Positions 10,096-20,700 of a stretch of DNA of 25,932 bases are shown piece after piece. The notes beneath the pieces are model-generated. The model saw only the letters and a list, made by a program, of their open reading frames with translations. It was not told the DNA's origin and searched no databases. The stretch is from Paraspadella gotoi. Its lineage: Eukaryota > Animalia > Chaetognatha. The DNA lies in assembly GCA_051294375.1 (NCBI GenBank), contig CM119271.1:16623935-16649866 (forward strand), in the 5' to 3' direction. The position numbers and the translations under genes are program-made. How positions within the stretch are numbered: the first letter of the stretch is position 1; each line of letters starts with the position of its first letter.

Positions 10096-10414
10096 GTCTC
10101 TGACAAATTCTTGAGTCGAATGCAAAAAAAGGTAAGTCAAGATCAGTTCCTTTCAGTGTGGGTGAGTTTATTTGGGCTTTTAACGAAGACTAGATTCTAG
10201 ATGGTGCTCATATTGGGTGTGTAAGTGATGGGTGGGCGTGTCCGATGGGGAAGAGAGTTGAGGCAAGATGGGGTTAAAGTGAAACGAAGCTGAGAGGAAT
10301 TTTTTGGAAAGTTAAACGGGGAAAGTTCATTGAGGTGAGATTTCGATGGGGGGGGGTGATCGTAGAAGGTGAGTTAAAAATGGGTGAGGTGATTAATTGG
10401 AATTGGAAAAGAAG

Positions 10415-11125
10415 GGATAGGATAGGATAGGATAGCATAAGAACGGATAGGAATGGATAGGATAGGAATGGATAGGAATGGATCGGAATGGATAGGAATG
10501 GATAGGATAAGAATGAATAGGAATAGATAGGAATAGATAGGAATGGATAGGATAGAATAGGAATGGATAGGAAGGATAGGTTCTCGTTGGTTGGCGACTT
10601 CGACATCACTATTTGAATGAACAACAACTAAGGATAGGAATTGATAAGAATGGATTGGAAGGAGAGGATAGGATAGGATAGGAATGAATAGGGATATATA
10701 GGAAGGATAGGATAGGATAAGAATGGATAGGAATAGATAGGAATGAATAGGATAGGATAGAGTATGAATGGATAGGAATGGATTGGAAGGATAGGATAGG
10801 ATAGGATAGGAATGGATAAGAATAGATTGGAAGGAGAGGATAGGATAGACAGGAATGAATAGGAATGGATAGGAAAGATAGGATAGGATAGAAATGGATA
10901 AGAATTGATATGAAGGATAGGATAGGATAGAATAGGAATGGATAGAAAGGATAGGAATGGATAGGAATGGATAGGAAGGATTGGTTAGGAATGGATAGGA
11001 ATGGATAGGATAGGATAAGATAGGAATGGATAGGAAGGAAAGGATAAAATAGGATAGGAATGGATAGGAATGGATAGGAAGGATAGGATAAGAATGGATA
11101 AGAAGGATTGGATAGGAATGGATAG
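10415..11125. repeat. (GATAG)/(GAATG) pentanucleotide satellite, interrupted at ~10581-10630
   Basis: Long GGATAGGAATGGATAG-type array. Confidence 0.93.
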
Positions 11126-11310
11126 AAAGAGAGAGAAAGAGAAACGTGAAGAAAACCTCTCAAAAAAATAGACCAGATCTAGAGAGAGAGAGAGACAGAG
11201 AGAGAGAGGAAGGAGAGGAGAATAGAGAGAGATGAGAGCGAGAGGAGAGAGAGAGAGCGAAATAATATAACAAACAGTGGGGAAGCCGAAGTAACGAGAG
11301 AGAGAAGAGA

Positions 11311-11341
<31 letters not shown>

Positions 11342-11359
11342 AGAGACAGATGAGAGAGA

Positions 11360-11393
<34 letters not shown>

Positions 11394-11689
11394 GAAAATA
11401 TACGACTGAGAGAAGGGAGAGAAAAAGATAAGGCGGAATCGAAACTAGAGACGGCGGATGCTGCTGCTGCTGTTTCGGTGGAGGCTGCTGCTGTTTCTGA
11501 GGCAGAGGCGGGTGTCGGTTCTCGGACGGGATAACGATGACAGCTTAAGAGAGTAACAACGTTCCAGAGATTGGCGGGATAGAGAGAGAGAGGTTGAGAG
11601 GCATAGAGAGGTCGATGTAGAGAGAGGTATAAATGTATAGAGGGGTTGAGGATGAGGATTAAGAAAAAAGGGAGGTGAATGCAAAAATA

Positions 11690-12026
11690 TGAGAGAAGAC
11701 GAGAAAAGAGAAGAGGGAAAAAAAGGAAAGAAGAGAAGGAAAGGAAAGAAAAAAAAAAGAAAAGAAGAAAAAAAGAAAAGAAAAGTAAAAAGAAAAAAAA
11801 CAAATAAAAAAGAGGAAAAGAAAAGAAAAGAAAAGAAAAGAAAAGAAAAGAAAAGAAAAGAAAAGAAAAGAAAAGAGAAGTGATAGAACGGAAAGGAAAG
11901 AAAAGCCTTTTTTCTTTACAAATAACTAGGTGTAAAAGGCTTAGAAGAAATGAGAGACTGAGAGAGAAAAAAATGTTTTTGTATGAATAAATGAAGAAAG
12001 AGAAGGATAAGAAAGAAAGATGAGAA

Positions 12027-12089
<63 letters not shown>

Positions 12090-12130
12090 AGAGAGAAAGA
12101 GAGAGAGAAAAGAGAGAGAAAGAGAGAGAG
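11690..12130. repeat. Polypurine (AAAAG)n and (GA)n tracts
   Basis: Direct reading. Confidence 0.9.
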
Positions 12131-12387
12131 ATCTCCATTTGTGATAAAAAAAAAGGTGAAAGGTGTTTGATGGAAAGAATGACCGAACGATCACCTCGGA
12201 CAATGAAAGGCGGGGGAATTGCGTCATCCCAGCACCACAGTTCCGCAGCGCCGCGGCAGTGCAGAATAGCAACCCCGGGGCAGCGCAGTACCTCAAAACC
12301 GCAGGTCCAAAACAAGTTGAACTTAGATTTCCAATGACGATAAATGACGAGCGGAACGAATGTATTAAACACATAGGAAAATAAAAT

Positions 12388-12530
12388 AACAAGTTTGAGC
12401 AAACAATGTCGGCTCTGCCTACGATACATTAATAATTAAAATTGATTTAATTTAATTAATTAAATAGATTAATTAATTAATTAATTAGATTAATAATTAA
12501 TTATTAATAGATTAATTATAATTTATATTC
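12388..12530 (-). mobile_element. HINE family, copy B (terminal fragment only)
   Basis: AACAAGTTTGAGCAAACAATGTCGGCTCTGCCTACGAT followed by the same TAAT-rich block as copy A. Confidence 0.75.
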
Positions 12531-12906
12531 AGCTTGTCATCATCGATGTCCTTAAATTGAGTCAGGACAGTTATTAATGTTTTGTTTACATTTTATCAAA
12601 AACAAACAAATATCCTCTATTATCGAGCAGGCGGGCAAAGCCGTCCTGTCTATGATTTTTTTTCGGTTTAGCTTTCGGTCTCGCTTTTTTGCATCATGGC
12701 TTCTGAAGTGTGATATCATAGGGAGTTGAATTCAAGAATCTTTAAAAATTCTCATGTTTCATTATCAATATTGGTATTTGTTTATGTTTTATTTACAAAA
12801 CAAAAAACGGTTTAATTATATGTCGCACTCTCTCTCTCTCTCTTTTTCTCCGTCACTGCTTCTTCTAAAAACGAGTTCCGGCTCTGCAGCGTCTGTCCAG
12901 GCTTTT

Positions 12907-12938
<32 letters not shown>

Positions 12939-12976
12939 ACAAAAAATTTTTAGATATAATGTGGGTTCACTAATGT

Positions 12977-13057
12977 AAAAAACGATGCGCGAACAGGGCG
13001 CGAACCCGGGTCCTTTGGGTAGAGAATAGCTCACGCTACGTGCGGCGCCATAAGTAT
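12977..13057 (-). mobile_element. tRNA-derived SINE-like head or decayed tRNA pseudogene
   Basis: Minus strand reads TGGCGCCGCACGTAGCG...AAGGACCCGGGTTCGCGCCCTG...TTTTTT: a degenerate A box, a B-box-like GGTTCGCGCCC (12996-13006) with a partial T-arm, then a T-run. No intact acceptor stem. Confidence 0.5.
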
Positions 13058-13521
13058 CTGCTGGTTCTTGAACGAGTAAAGGGCTGTAGAGAGCTTCTCT
13101 CTCTCTCTCTCTTTTAATTATTATATATCGCTCTTTCTCTTTCTCTTTTTCTCTGCAGCGGCTGTCTCTCTCTCTCTCTCTTTTCCTCTCTCTCTCTCTG
13201 TCTCTCTGTCTCTCTGTGTGTGTCTGTCCCTATCTGTCCGATCTTGTTGCGTGATGCGTTTCTGTTTTTTGAAAACATTCTGATTATTTTTTTCCTTCTA
13301 AAAAACTTTTTATTATTGCCATTTATTCCGCGCTTTTTTTCATACAAAATCCCGATATTTTTCATCCAAGATTTTCGTGGATTTATTCTCTGTTTCTCTC
13401 TCTCTTTCTCTCTCTCTCGTTCTCTTGTCTTGTCTCTCTCTCTCTTTTCTCTCTCTCTCTCTCTCTCCTCTCGTCTCTCTCTCTCTCTCTCTTCACTCAT
13501 ACACGCATTTGTTTGTTTTAT

Positions 13522-13735
13522 TGACTATCATCGCATCAATGAATGACAATATCGAATCATGAATGACAATCATGCATCACTGAATGACTATCATCACATG
13601 CAGTGCAAATGACTATCATCGCATCAATAATTGGATTTAATCATCGAATCAATAATCAATTCCTATTACATCAGTAAAATTACTATTACATCAAATCAAT
13701 TAGTATTACCTCAATAAATTACTAGTACAATCACA
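13522..13735. repeat. Degenerate ~20-23-bp minisatellite (GACTATCATCGCATCAATGAAT-like, then CTATTACATCA-like units)
   Basis: Direct reading. Confidence 0.7.
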
Positions 13736-14009
13736 ATTCGTTTATCGATGATTCATTCGTTTTTTTCCTGGGTTTTTTCATTAATTTTTCTATGATAGTG
13801 GGCTCTGGCTCGATCTTGAGTCTTTTAAGATTTTTTTATTTTTATGTCTCTCCTTCTCTCTCTCTCTCTCTCATCTCTCTCTTCTCTCTCACTCTCTCTC
13901 TTCTCTCTCTCCTTCTCTTTCTCTCTCTCTCTCTCTCTTTTTATGCAATAGCGACGATCCTTATGCTTTTAAGATTTTTTTAACTTGCATCATTTTTTCA
14001 ACTTGCATA

Positions 14010-15171
14010 ATTTTTTTCAACTTGCATTCCGTCAAAACTTTTTATCTAGCTTCTTCACTCACTTTCCACCCGGCTCACAAAATTTCATCTCAATCTATCA
14101 TGGGTTAAAATAAATAAAAAGATTCAAGTAAATGTGACTCATATTTTTTTTCATTTAAACTCATTTCCACTGGTACGTTTCACTGAAACTTTATATCAAG
14201 CTTCGTCATACGTTTTCCTACCCACACACAAAATTCAACTCAATCTATCCATCCAATTATGATTAATTGGAGTATTTATTGGTTAAAATAAGTAAAAAGA
14301 TTTTAGTAAATTCGACTTATGTTTTTTCCATTTAAACTAATTTCCACTCACACGATTCCATCGAAATTTTATATCCAGCTTTATCACACACTTTCCTACC
14401 CACACACAAAATTAATTCCAATCCAACCAGCCAATCACGAGTTATTGGAGCTTTTTGCTAAGATGGGAACGGATGGACGGATTGATTGACTAATAAATTA
14501 ATTATTGATTAATTTATTTACTAATTATATTAATTAACTGATTAATTATTTGATTTATTAATACATCCTGCAGATACATTTATATAAAAGGAAAAAGAAG
14601 CATAATCAATTAGTAAAACAGGTTTTTTGTTTTTTTTCCATTTAAACTCATTTCCACTCAAACTATTCCATCGAAACTTGATTTCCTGTTCAATCACACA
14701 CTTTCCTACCACATACAAAATTCCAGATCAATCAGCCCATCCACTCGTGAGCAATTGGTGTTCAAATAGTGAATATATTTTTTTTGTTTTTTCCATTTAA
14801 ACTCATTTCCACTCGGACGATTCCATCGAAACTTAATATCCAGCTCAATCACACACTTACCTATCACACACAAAATTTCATTTAAATCCATCCATCCAAT
14901 CACGAGTAATGTGTGTTTTTTGCTAAGGTGGGACGGACGGACGGACGGACGGACGGAACGACGACGACGGACGGAACGGACGGACGGACGACGACGAGAC
15001 GGACGGACCGGACATCATTTTTTTTGCATAATTTTATCATAATTCGATGTTCTGACATGATATAAGTGTGTGCCCGACAATATGAGGGGGCGGACCGACG
15101 GACCGAAAAAGTGAATTATAAAAAGTGAGTTATAGAGTCGGGATCTGCTGATAAGCAGATCCGACTAAAAA
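14010..15171 (-). mobile_element. HINE family, copy C (composite: 177-bp and 155-bp central tandem units, (GGAC)n, conserved core, terminal hairpin)
   Basis: Anchor TTTAAACT at 14154/14331 and 14641/14796. (GGAC)n at 14930-15013. Hairpin GTCGG(G)ATCTGCT-GATA-AGCAGATCCGAC at 15137-15165, then TAAAAA. Confidence 0.82.
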
Positions 15172-15420
15172 CCCTTCGTTTCAAATTGTTTATCTTTGGA
15201 ATGTTTATAACTAGTCTCTTAGATTATATGAATTCTTATAAATGACTTCATGATATGGGATGTTTATTAACAAACTGGGGCAAAATAATTTTAACCTTGG
15301 GTAATGTGTAGTATAGTCTATTTTCAGAATACAACACTAACATCCCACTCAAATAATAAATAATATAATATAAAAATTAATAAATAAAAATAGAAAAATG
15401 GAAAACCAAAACATAAAAAA

Positions 15421-16437
15421 AAAACAAGTTTGAGCAAACAATGCCAGCTCTGCCCATGATCATTAGCGGTAAGCAGCTGATCAGATTAATTGAAAATAAT
15501 TAATAATTAATGAATTACTTATTTATTAATAATTAATTAATGCAGCTAGAATTTACATTTAATATAAAAATAAAAAAAAGCATAATCAAATAGTGAAATA
15601 GATTGTTTGTTTTTTCAATTTTAACTCATTTCCACTCAGACGATTCCATTGAAACTTGATTTCCAGCTTAATCACACACTTACCTACCCACATACAAAAT
15701 TTCAGGTCCATCGCCAAATAATGAAATATATTTTTTTTGTTTTTTCCATTTAAACTCATTTCCACTCGGACGATTGCATCGAAACTTCATATACAGCTTA
15801 ATCACACGCTTCCCTTCCCACACACAAAATTTCATTCAAATCCATCCATCCAATCACGAGTAATTGGTGTTTTTTGCTAAGGTGGGACGGACGGACGGAC
15901 AGACAGACGGAGAGACAGACAGCAGACAGACGGACGGACATCATTTTTAGTCGGATCTGCTTATCAGCAGATTCCGACTCTATAATTCACTTTGTCGGTC
16001 TGTTGGTCCGCCCTCTCAATCTTGTCTCTTACATTATGTCAGAACATCGAATTATGATAAACTATGCCAAAAAAATGATGTCTGTCTGTCTGTCTGTTTA
16101 TCTGTCTGTCTGTCTGTCTGTCTGTCTGTTAATCAGTTAATCAATTATTCAATAATTAATTAAACAGTCAATTAATCAATCAAAACAAACATTTTGGTTC
16201 AAATTAATTAGTTAATTGCCTAATAAATTAACTAATTAACTTGAATTAATTAATTATTAATTAAGTAATTACCGATAATGATCGTGGGCAGATCCGACAT
16301 TGTTTTTGCATAATTTATCATAATTCGATGTTCTGACATGATATAGGTGAACAAGATATAAGTGAATTCCCGACAAGACTGGGGGGCGGACCGACGGACC
16401 GACAAAGTGAATTATAGAACCGGAATCTGCTGTAAGC
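15421..16437 (-). mobile_element. HINE family, copy D (near full-length, interrupted by copy E)
   Basis: Terminus at 15421-15455, two central units (~15619 and 15749), GACG/GACA microsatellite at 15885-15940. The core resumes at 16306 and ends in a truncated hairpin at ~16437. Confidence 0.82.
15944..16305 (+). mobile_element. HINE family, copy E, nested in opposite orientation inside copy D
   Basis: TTTTTA-GTCGGATCTGCT-TATC-AGCAGATTCCGAC (hairpin 15950-15978), ~100-bp core, (GTCT)n at 16080-16128, 3' subTIR GCAGATCCGAC at 16288-16298, ending in a T-run. Confidence 0.85.
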
Positions 16438-16609
16438 TAACAAGAATAAAAAAAACAAGACCATAAAAAAAAAAACGGGATAAGAAAACAGGAAAGATGA
16501 AAAGAGAGAGAGAGAAAGAGGGAATGAGAGAATTGACAATGAAAGGTGAACAAAAGGGAAAGAAGCAAAGAAAAAAGTCATCATTAGTTTCAGACGTAAC
16601 GAGGCGAAG

Positions 16610-16882
16610 GAGATAGGGAAAGAGAGAAAGGAAAGAGAGAAAGGAAAGAGAGAAAGGAAAGAGAGAAAGGAAAGAGAGAAATGAAAGAGAGAAAGGAAAG
16701 AGAGAAAGGAAAGAGAGAAAGGAAAGAGAGAAAGGAAAGAGAGATAGGAAAGAGAGAAAGGAAAGAGAGAAAGGAAAGAGAGAAAGGAAAGAGAGAAAGG
16801 AAAGGGAGAAAGGAAAGGGAGAAAAGAAAGAGAGAAATGAAAGAGAGAAAGGAAAGAGAGAAAGGAAAGAGAGAAATGAAAG
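16610..16882. repeat. Polypurine minisatellite of alternating 11/13-bp units (GAAAGAGAGAAAG / GAAAGAGAAAG)
   Basis: Direct reading. Confidence 0.9.
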
Positions 16883-17200
16883 TAGTACGGAGATTTCAAT
16901 TCGATGCTGCGATGATTTTTCAGACTTGTTTTGACTTTTGTAGATGAATTTGATACGAATGCTCTTAATAAAAAAAAATTATTTAAAACATCTTAATCAG
17001 TAAGTATCTCATATTGTTAATAATTTTTTAAAAGGAGTATTTATAAATGGTATATATATATATATATAGCAAAAATTAATTTAGTAAATCAAAATAAATT
17101 AAGTCCCCATTTTAAAAAAGTGCCAACTTAATTTCTTTTATTTTTGCTTAACAATATTGCACTACAAGTATTTTTCCCGCAAACCACAAACATTCAATAA

Positions 17201-17302
17201 AGCATATGTTTGTATATTGTTTAAATTTGTTCTGACTTTGATGTCGGTTAGCATATGTTTGTATATTATTTAAATTTGGTCTGACTTTGATGTCGGTTAG
17301 CA
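17201..17302 (+). repeat. 49-bp tandem duplication (2 copies, 2 mismatches)
   Basis: AGCATATGTTTGTATATT...GACTTTGATGTCGGTT at 17201 and 17250. Confidence 0.92.
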
Positions 17303-17631
17303 GCCTTATGGTATAAAAGAAGCAGGAAAAGTCAATCCATATAAAATAATATTATTGATTATAAAAAATGAATAAATAGATAATAAACTTACTTGTAGAT
17401 TATGATTTAAAAATAATAGTTAAGTTTTTAATAAATGTTTAAGATTAAAGCTATTTAAAATTATATTTAATAAACTTTAATATAAATAATATAAAAATTA
17501 TACATTGGTTTTATACTGAATGAAACTTGAGTTATAGGAATGCTTCCTTTTTTTCATTTGCGAAATCTAAAAACGCGAGATGCGTCGCCGCGGGAGATAA
17601 GGCGCCATCTCTCGGCGCCTGTCGACGAAGA

Positions 17632-17662
<31 letters not shown>

Positions 17663-17880
17663 AACGACGACGACGACGACTTCGAGGATGAAAACCCGAC
17701 AAAGAAGAAGAACAACAAGAAGATGAAGAAGAAGAAGAAGTAAATGTGATTCGTTGTGAATCTATGTTTTTCTGTGGATGTCGTTTATTAGTTTCCGTCG
17801 ACGTAGAGACGAGCGGGGTGATAAAAGTAAGTCGGTCGGTCTGTCAGTCATCTCTTTCTTTCTTTCTTTTTTATTTCTTG

Positions 17881-17915
<35 letters not shown>

Positions 17916-18282
17916 GTCAGGGTCATTTTAGTATGATTATCGTTCACTGTCATTCCGGTCACCGTGTCATTTTGTCACTCCGGAGACCGTACCGATCTGC
18001 CACGTTCTGTCATAAAATCTCATTGAACTTTTCTTTGCACTTTTTTGGTCGTTGTTGTTTTTCCTTTTTTCATTTTTTCCCTGAATGTCTTTTACGCATT
18101 CAATCATTTTCCCCTAATTTCTTTCCTTTTTTTTCTCCTTTTTTTCTCTTTTTCTTTCACCTCTCCTTTTCTTCTCTACTTCTCTTTTGTTCCACTCTTC
18201 CCTCTTCATCCTCTTCTCTCTTCTCTTTCTTTCCTCCTCTTCTCACGTGACTTCCAGTCTGATGATGAAGATGTCAAGCACA

Positions 18283-18746
18283 ACATTTAAAATAAAAAGA
18301 AAAAGAAGCATAATCAATTAGTGAAACAGGTTCTTTGGTTTTTCTATTTAAACTCATTTCTACTCAAACGATTCCATCGAAACTTGATTTCCAGTTTAAT
18401 CACACACTTTTCCACCCAAATACAAAATTTCAAGTCAATCGCCCCATCCACTCATGAGTAATTGGTGTTCAAATAGTGAAATAGATTTTTTGTTTTTTCC
18501 ATTTAAACTCATTTCCACTCGGACGATTCCATCGAAACTTCATATACAGCTCAATCACACACTTCCCTACCCACACACAAAATTTCATTCCAATCCATCC
18601 ATCCAATTACGAGTAATTGGTGTTTTTTGCTAAGGTGGGACGGACGGACGGACGGACGGACGGACGGACATCGTTTTTTTTTCATAATTTATCATAATTC
18701 GATGTTCTGACATGATATAAGTGAATGCTCGACAAGATTGAGGGGG
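18283..18746 (-). mobile_element. HINE family, copy F (internal fragment)
   Basis: Two 155-bp central units (anchors 18347 and 18502), (GGAC)n at 18637-18669 and a partial core. Confidence 0.82.
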
Positions 18747-18749
18747 ATT

Positions 18750-19005
18750 TATAAATTAATTAATTATTTAATCAATCAATCAATCAATCAAGTCAATCGT
18801 TATCGTCATTATTGTCGTCGTCGCCATCATCGTCGTCGTTGCTCGTGATCAGTGACGAAAAGACCTAAAAACAAACATTTCGAATCAATTTAATTAATTA
18901 ATTATGTAAATTAAATAATTATTTTAGTTTATATAGTTTGTAATAATTAATTAATTAATTACCGCTAATGATCGTCGGCAGATCCGACATTGTTTGCTCA
19001 AATTT
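18750..19005 (+). mobile_element. HINE family, copy G (3'-terminal part, inverted relative to F)
   Basis: Reverse complement of ~8980-9230. subTIR at 18978-18988 followed by GTTTGCTCAAA. Confidence 0.82.
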
Positions 19006-19008
19006 AGG

Positions 19009-19225
19009 TTCACGTGACTTAGTTTTACCGCTGACGTGACTTTAAACTTTCGGTCACATATATTTTCACTTGTGGTAATTTGACTTTCCGTCTTTTCACT
19101 TCTATTTCCGCAAACGTGATTTTTCCAGTTTTGCTCCTATAATTTTTCACTAAGAGTCACTTTATTAAACACTTCCAGTCACGTGATTTCTCACTTCCGG
19201 TCACGTGATTTCCCAGTCACGTGAA
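19009..19225. promoter_or_regulatory. Cluster of TCACGTGA E-boxes with adjacent ETS-like ACTTCC cores
   Basis: CACGTG at 19011, 19180, 19202 and 19218; ACTTCCGGTCACGTGA at 19193-19208. Function is not shown. Confidence 0.35.
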
Positions 19226-19299
19226 TTTTCCACCCTCAAGAATTTGCTCGTCTCGCTTCCGGACGAGGATTCGTTTGCCCTTTTGGGAAAGAGGATCAG

Positions 19300-19640
19300 T
19301 TGACGTCGTCGTCGTTGTCGTCGTCGTCGTCGTTTTTGTCGTCGTCGTCGTTGCCTAATCAAGTAATCATAGTAGTAATCATAGTAATCAAGTAATTATA
19401 GTAGTAATGGTTGTATCTGATTTTGTTGTTGACGTCATCACCCTCGTCATTGTAATCGTTGACGTCGTCGTCGTTTTACTCGTTGTCGTCGTTTTAGTCG
19501 TCGTTGTAATCATTGTCGTCGTAATCATTGTCATCGTCGTCGTTTTAGTCGTCGTTGTCATCGTCGTCGTTTTAGTCGTCGTTGTCATCGTCGTCGTTGT
19601 CATCGTCGTCGTTTTAGTCGTCGTTGTCATCGTCGTCGTT
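19300..19640. repeat. (GTC)n-based trinucleotide repeat region
   Basis: Direct reading; it produces the poly-V and poly-T ORFs. Confidence 0.92.
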
Positions 19641-19847
19641 GGCTTCCTTGAGACTGAGCCAATGACGTCATCGGAATAAAAAACACAAGAAAGAAATTGA
19701 AACAAAAGAACAAAGGAAATACGTTATTCAAGTTAAATGAAAAGAAGTGAAAATAAAGGAACAAGTGCAAATATGTACAATTGTTCAATGTACTTATACA
19801 TATGTAAAAAAGTTTAATGACATCGTCTTCCGGGTGGAAGAAAAAAA

Positions 19848-19868
19848 AGAGAAAGAGAGAGAGAGAGA

Positions 19869-19933
<65 letters not shown>
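19848..19933. repeat. (GA)n microsatellite
   Basis: Direct reading. Confidence 0.97.
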
Positions 19934-19938
<5 letters not shown>

Positions 19939-20174
19939 AAAAATAAAGAAGCAGAATTCCTAGAAAAGAAAAGAGAAACAAATAAAAAGAAGAGATGAAA
20001 TAAAAAGTTAATTGAAATAAAAAAAGTTGATAAGATTAACTAAAGGACGCAGTTGCGTATTAGACTCTCTCTCTCTCTGTCTTTCTCCCTCTCTCTCTTT
20101 CTTTCTCTTAAATTATATTTTAATTAAATTTATATTTAATTTAAATTAAAAAATATTAGATAATTATTAATTCT

Positions 20175-20700
20175 TTGGAGTTTTTTGAAAACAATTCTCA
20201 ATTAAAAACAGATTTTTCAACATTATATTCATCACTTCCTCATTATGAAATCATGAGTAATCTAAAAATTTCATTCAAAACAATTTTTTCTAGGGAAAAT
20301 AAAACATATATAAATGTAAATCATAATAAAGCATATTTTTCAAATACTAAGAATAAGGGGTATATTTCTTTACTGAAATAAATTTAAATATTGTTCTCAA
20401 CTTTATTTTAGATAATGTTTTTGTCAAATTTGGCTCCTTAATATATAAACAAACATATGAATCCCAATTGGACTAGATCTTGGTCAAGATATTGCCAATA
20501 TGTAGTTATTTTATTTTGAATCAACATATATGGAAAATATGTCAAAAAATAATTTAGGAATCGCTATTCATCGAAAGCAATACATTTAAGCAAAAACTAC
20601 AAAGTCAGGGTTATATATTTAAGGACTTTAAAAAAATGGGAATTAAATTTTTCAATAATTATAAGGAACTAATAAAAAATATAATGTTACTTATATTAAT
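20175..20700 (+). pseudogene. Decayed Penelope-like element (PLE) reverse transcriptase remnant
   Basis: Joined frames read KTDFSTLYSSLPH...YFSN.../...NFILDNVFVKFGSLIYKQTY/GIPIGLDLGQDIANM*LFYFES.../...QKLQSQGY...KFFNNYKELIK. These match the PLE RT motifs DFxxLYTxIPH and YxQxxGIPMG...ANL.L..YE. It has frameshifts and a stop, and no RYIDD motif is present. Confidence 0.78.

Noticed and set aside
13822-13980. 15-bp direct repeat CTTTTAAGATTTTTT flanking a CT tract as a TSD
   Set aside because: It is low-complexity and the interior is only microsatellite, so there is no element to assign it to.
17936-17962. IIVHCHSGHR resembling a rhodanese/PTP active-site loop
   Set aside because: The surrounding sequence lacks the rest of the fold and decays into F/S low complexity, so this is likely chance.
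14010-18630. Regularly recurring TTTAAACTCATTTCCACTC motif as a CRISPR-like array
   Set aside because: The intervening sequence is also repeated (whole 155/177-bp monomers), so there are no unique spacers. There are no cas genes and the context is eukaryotic.
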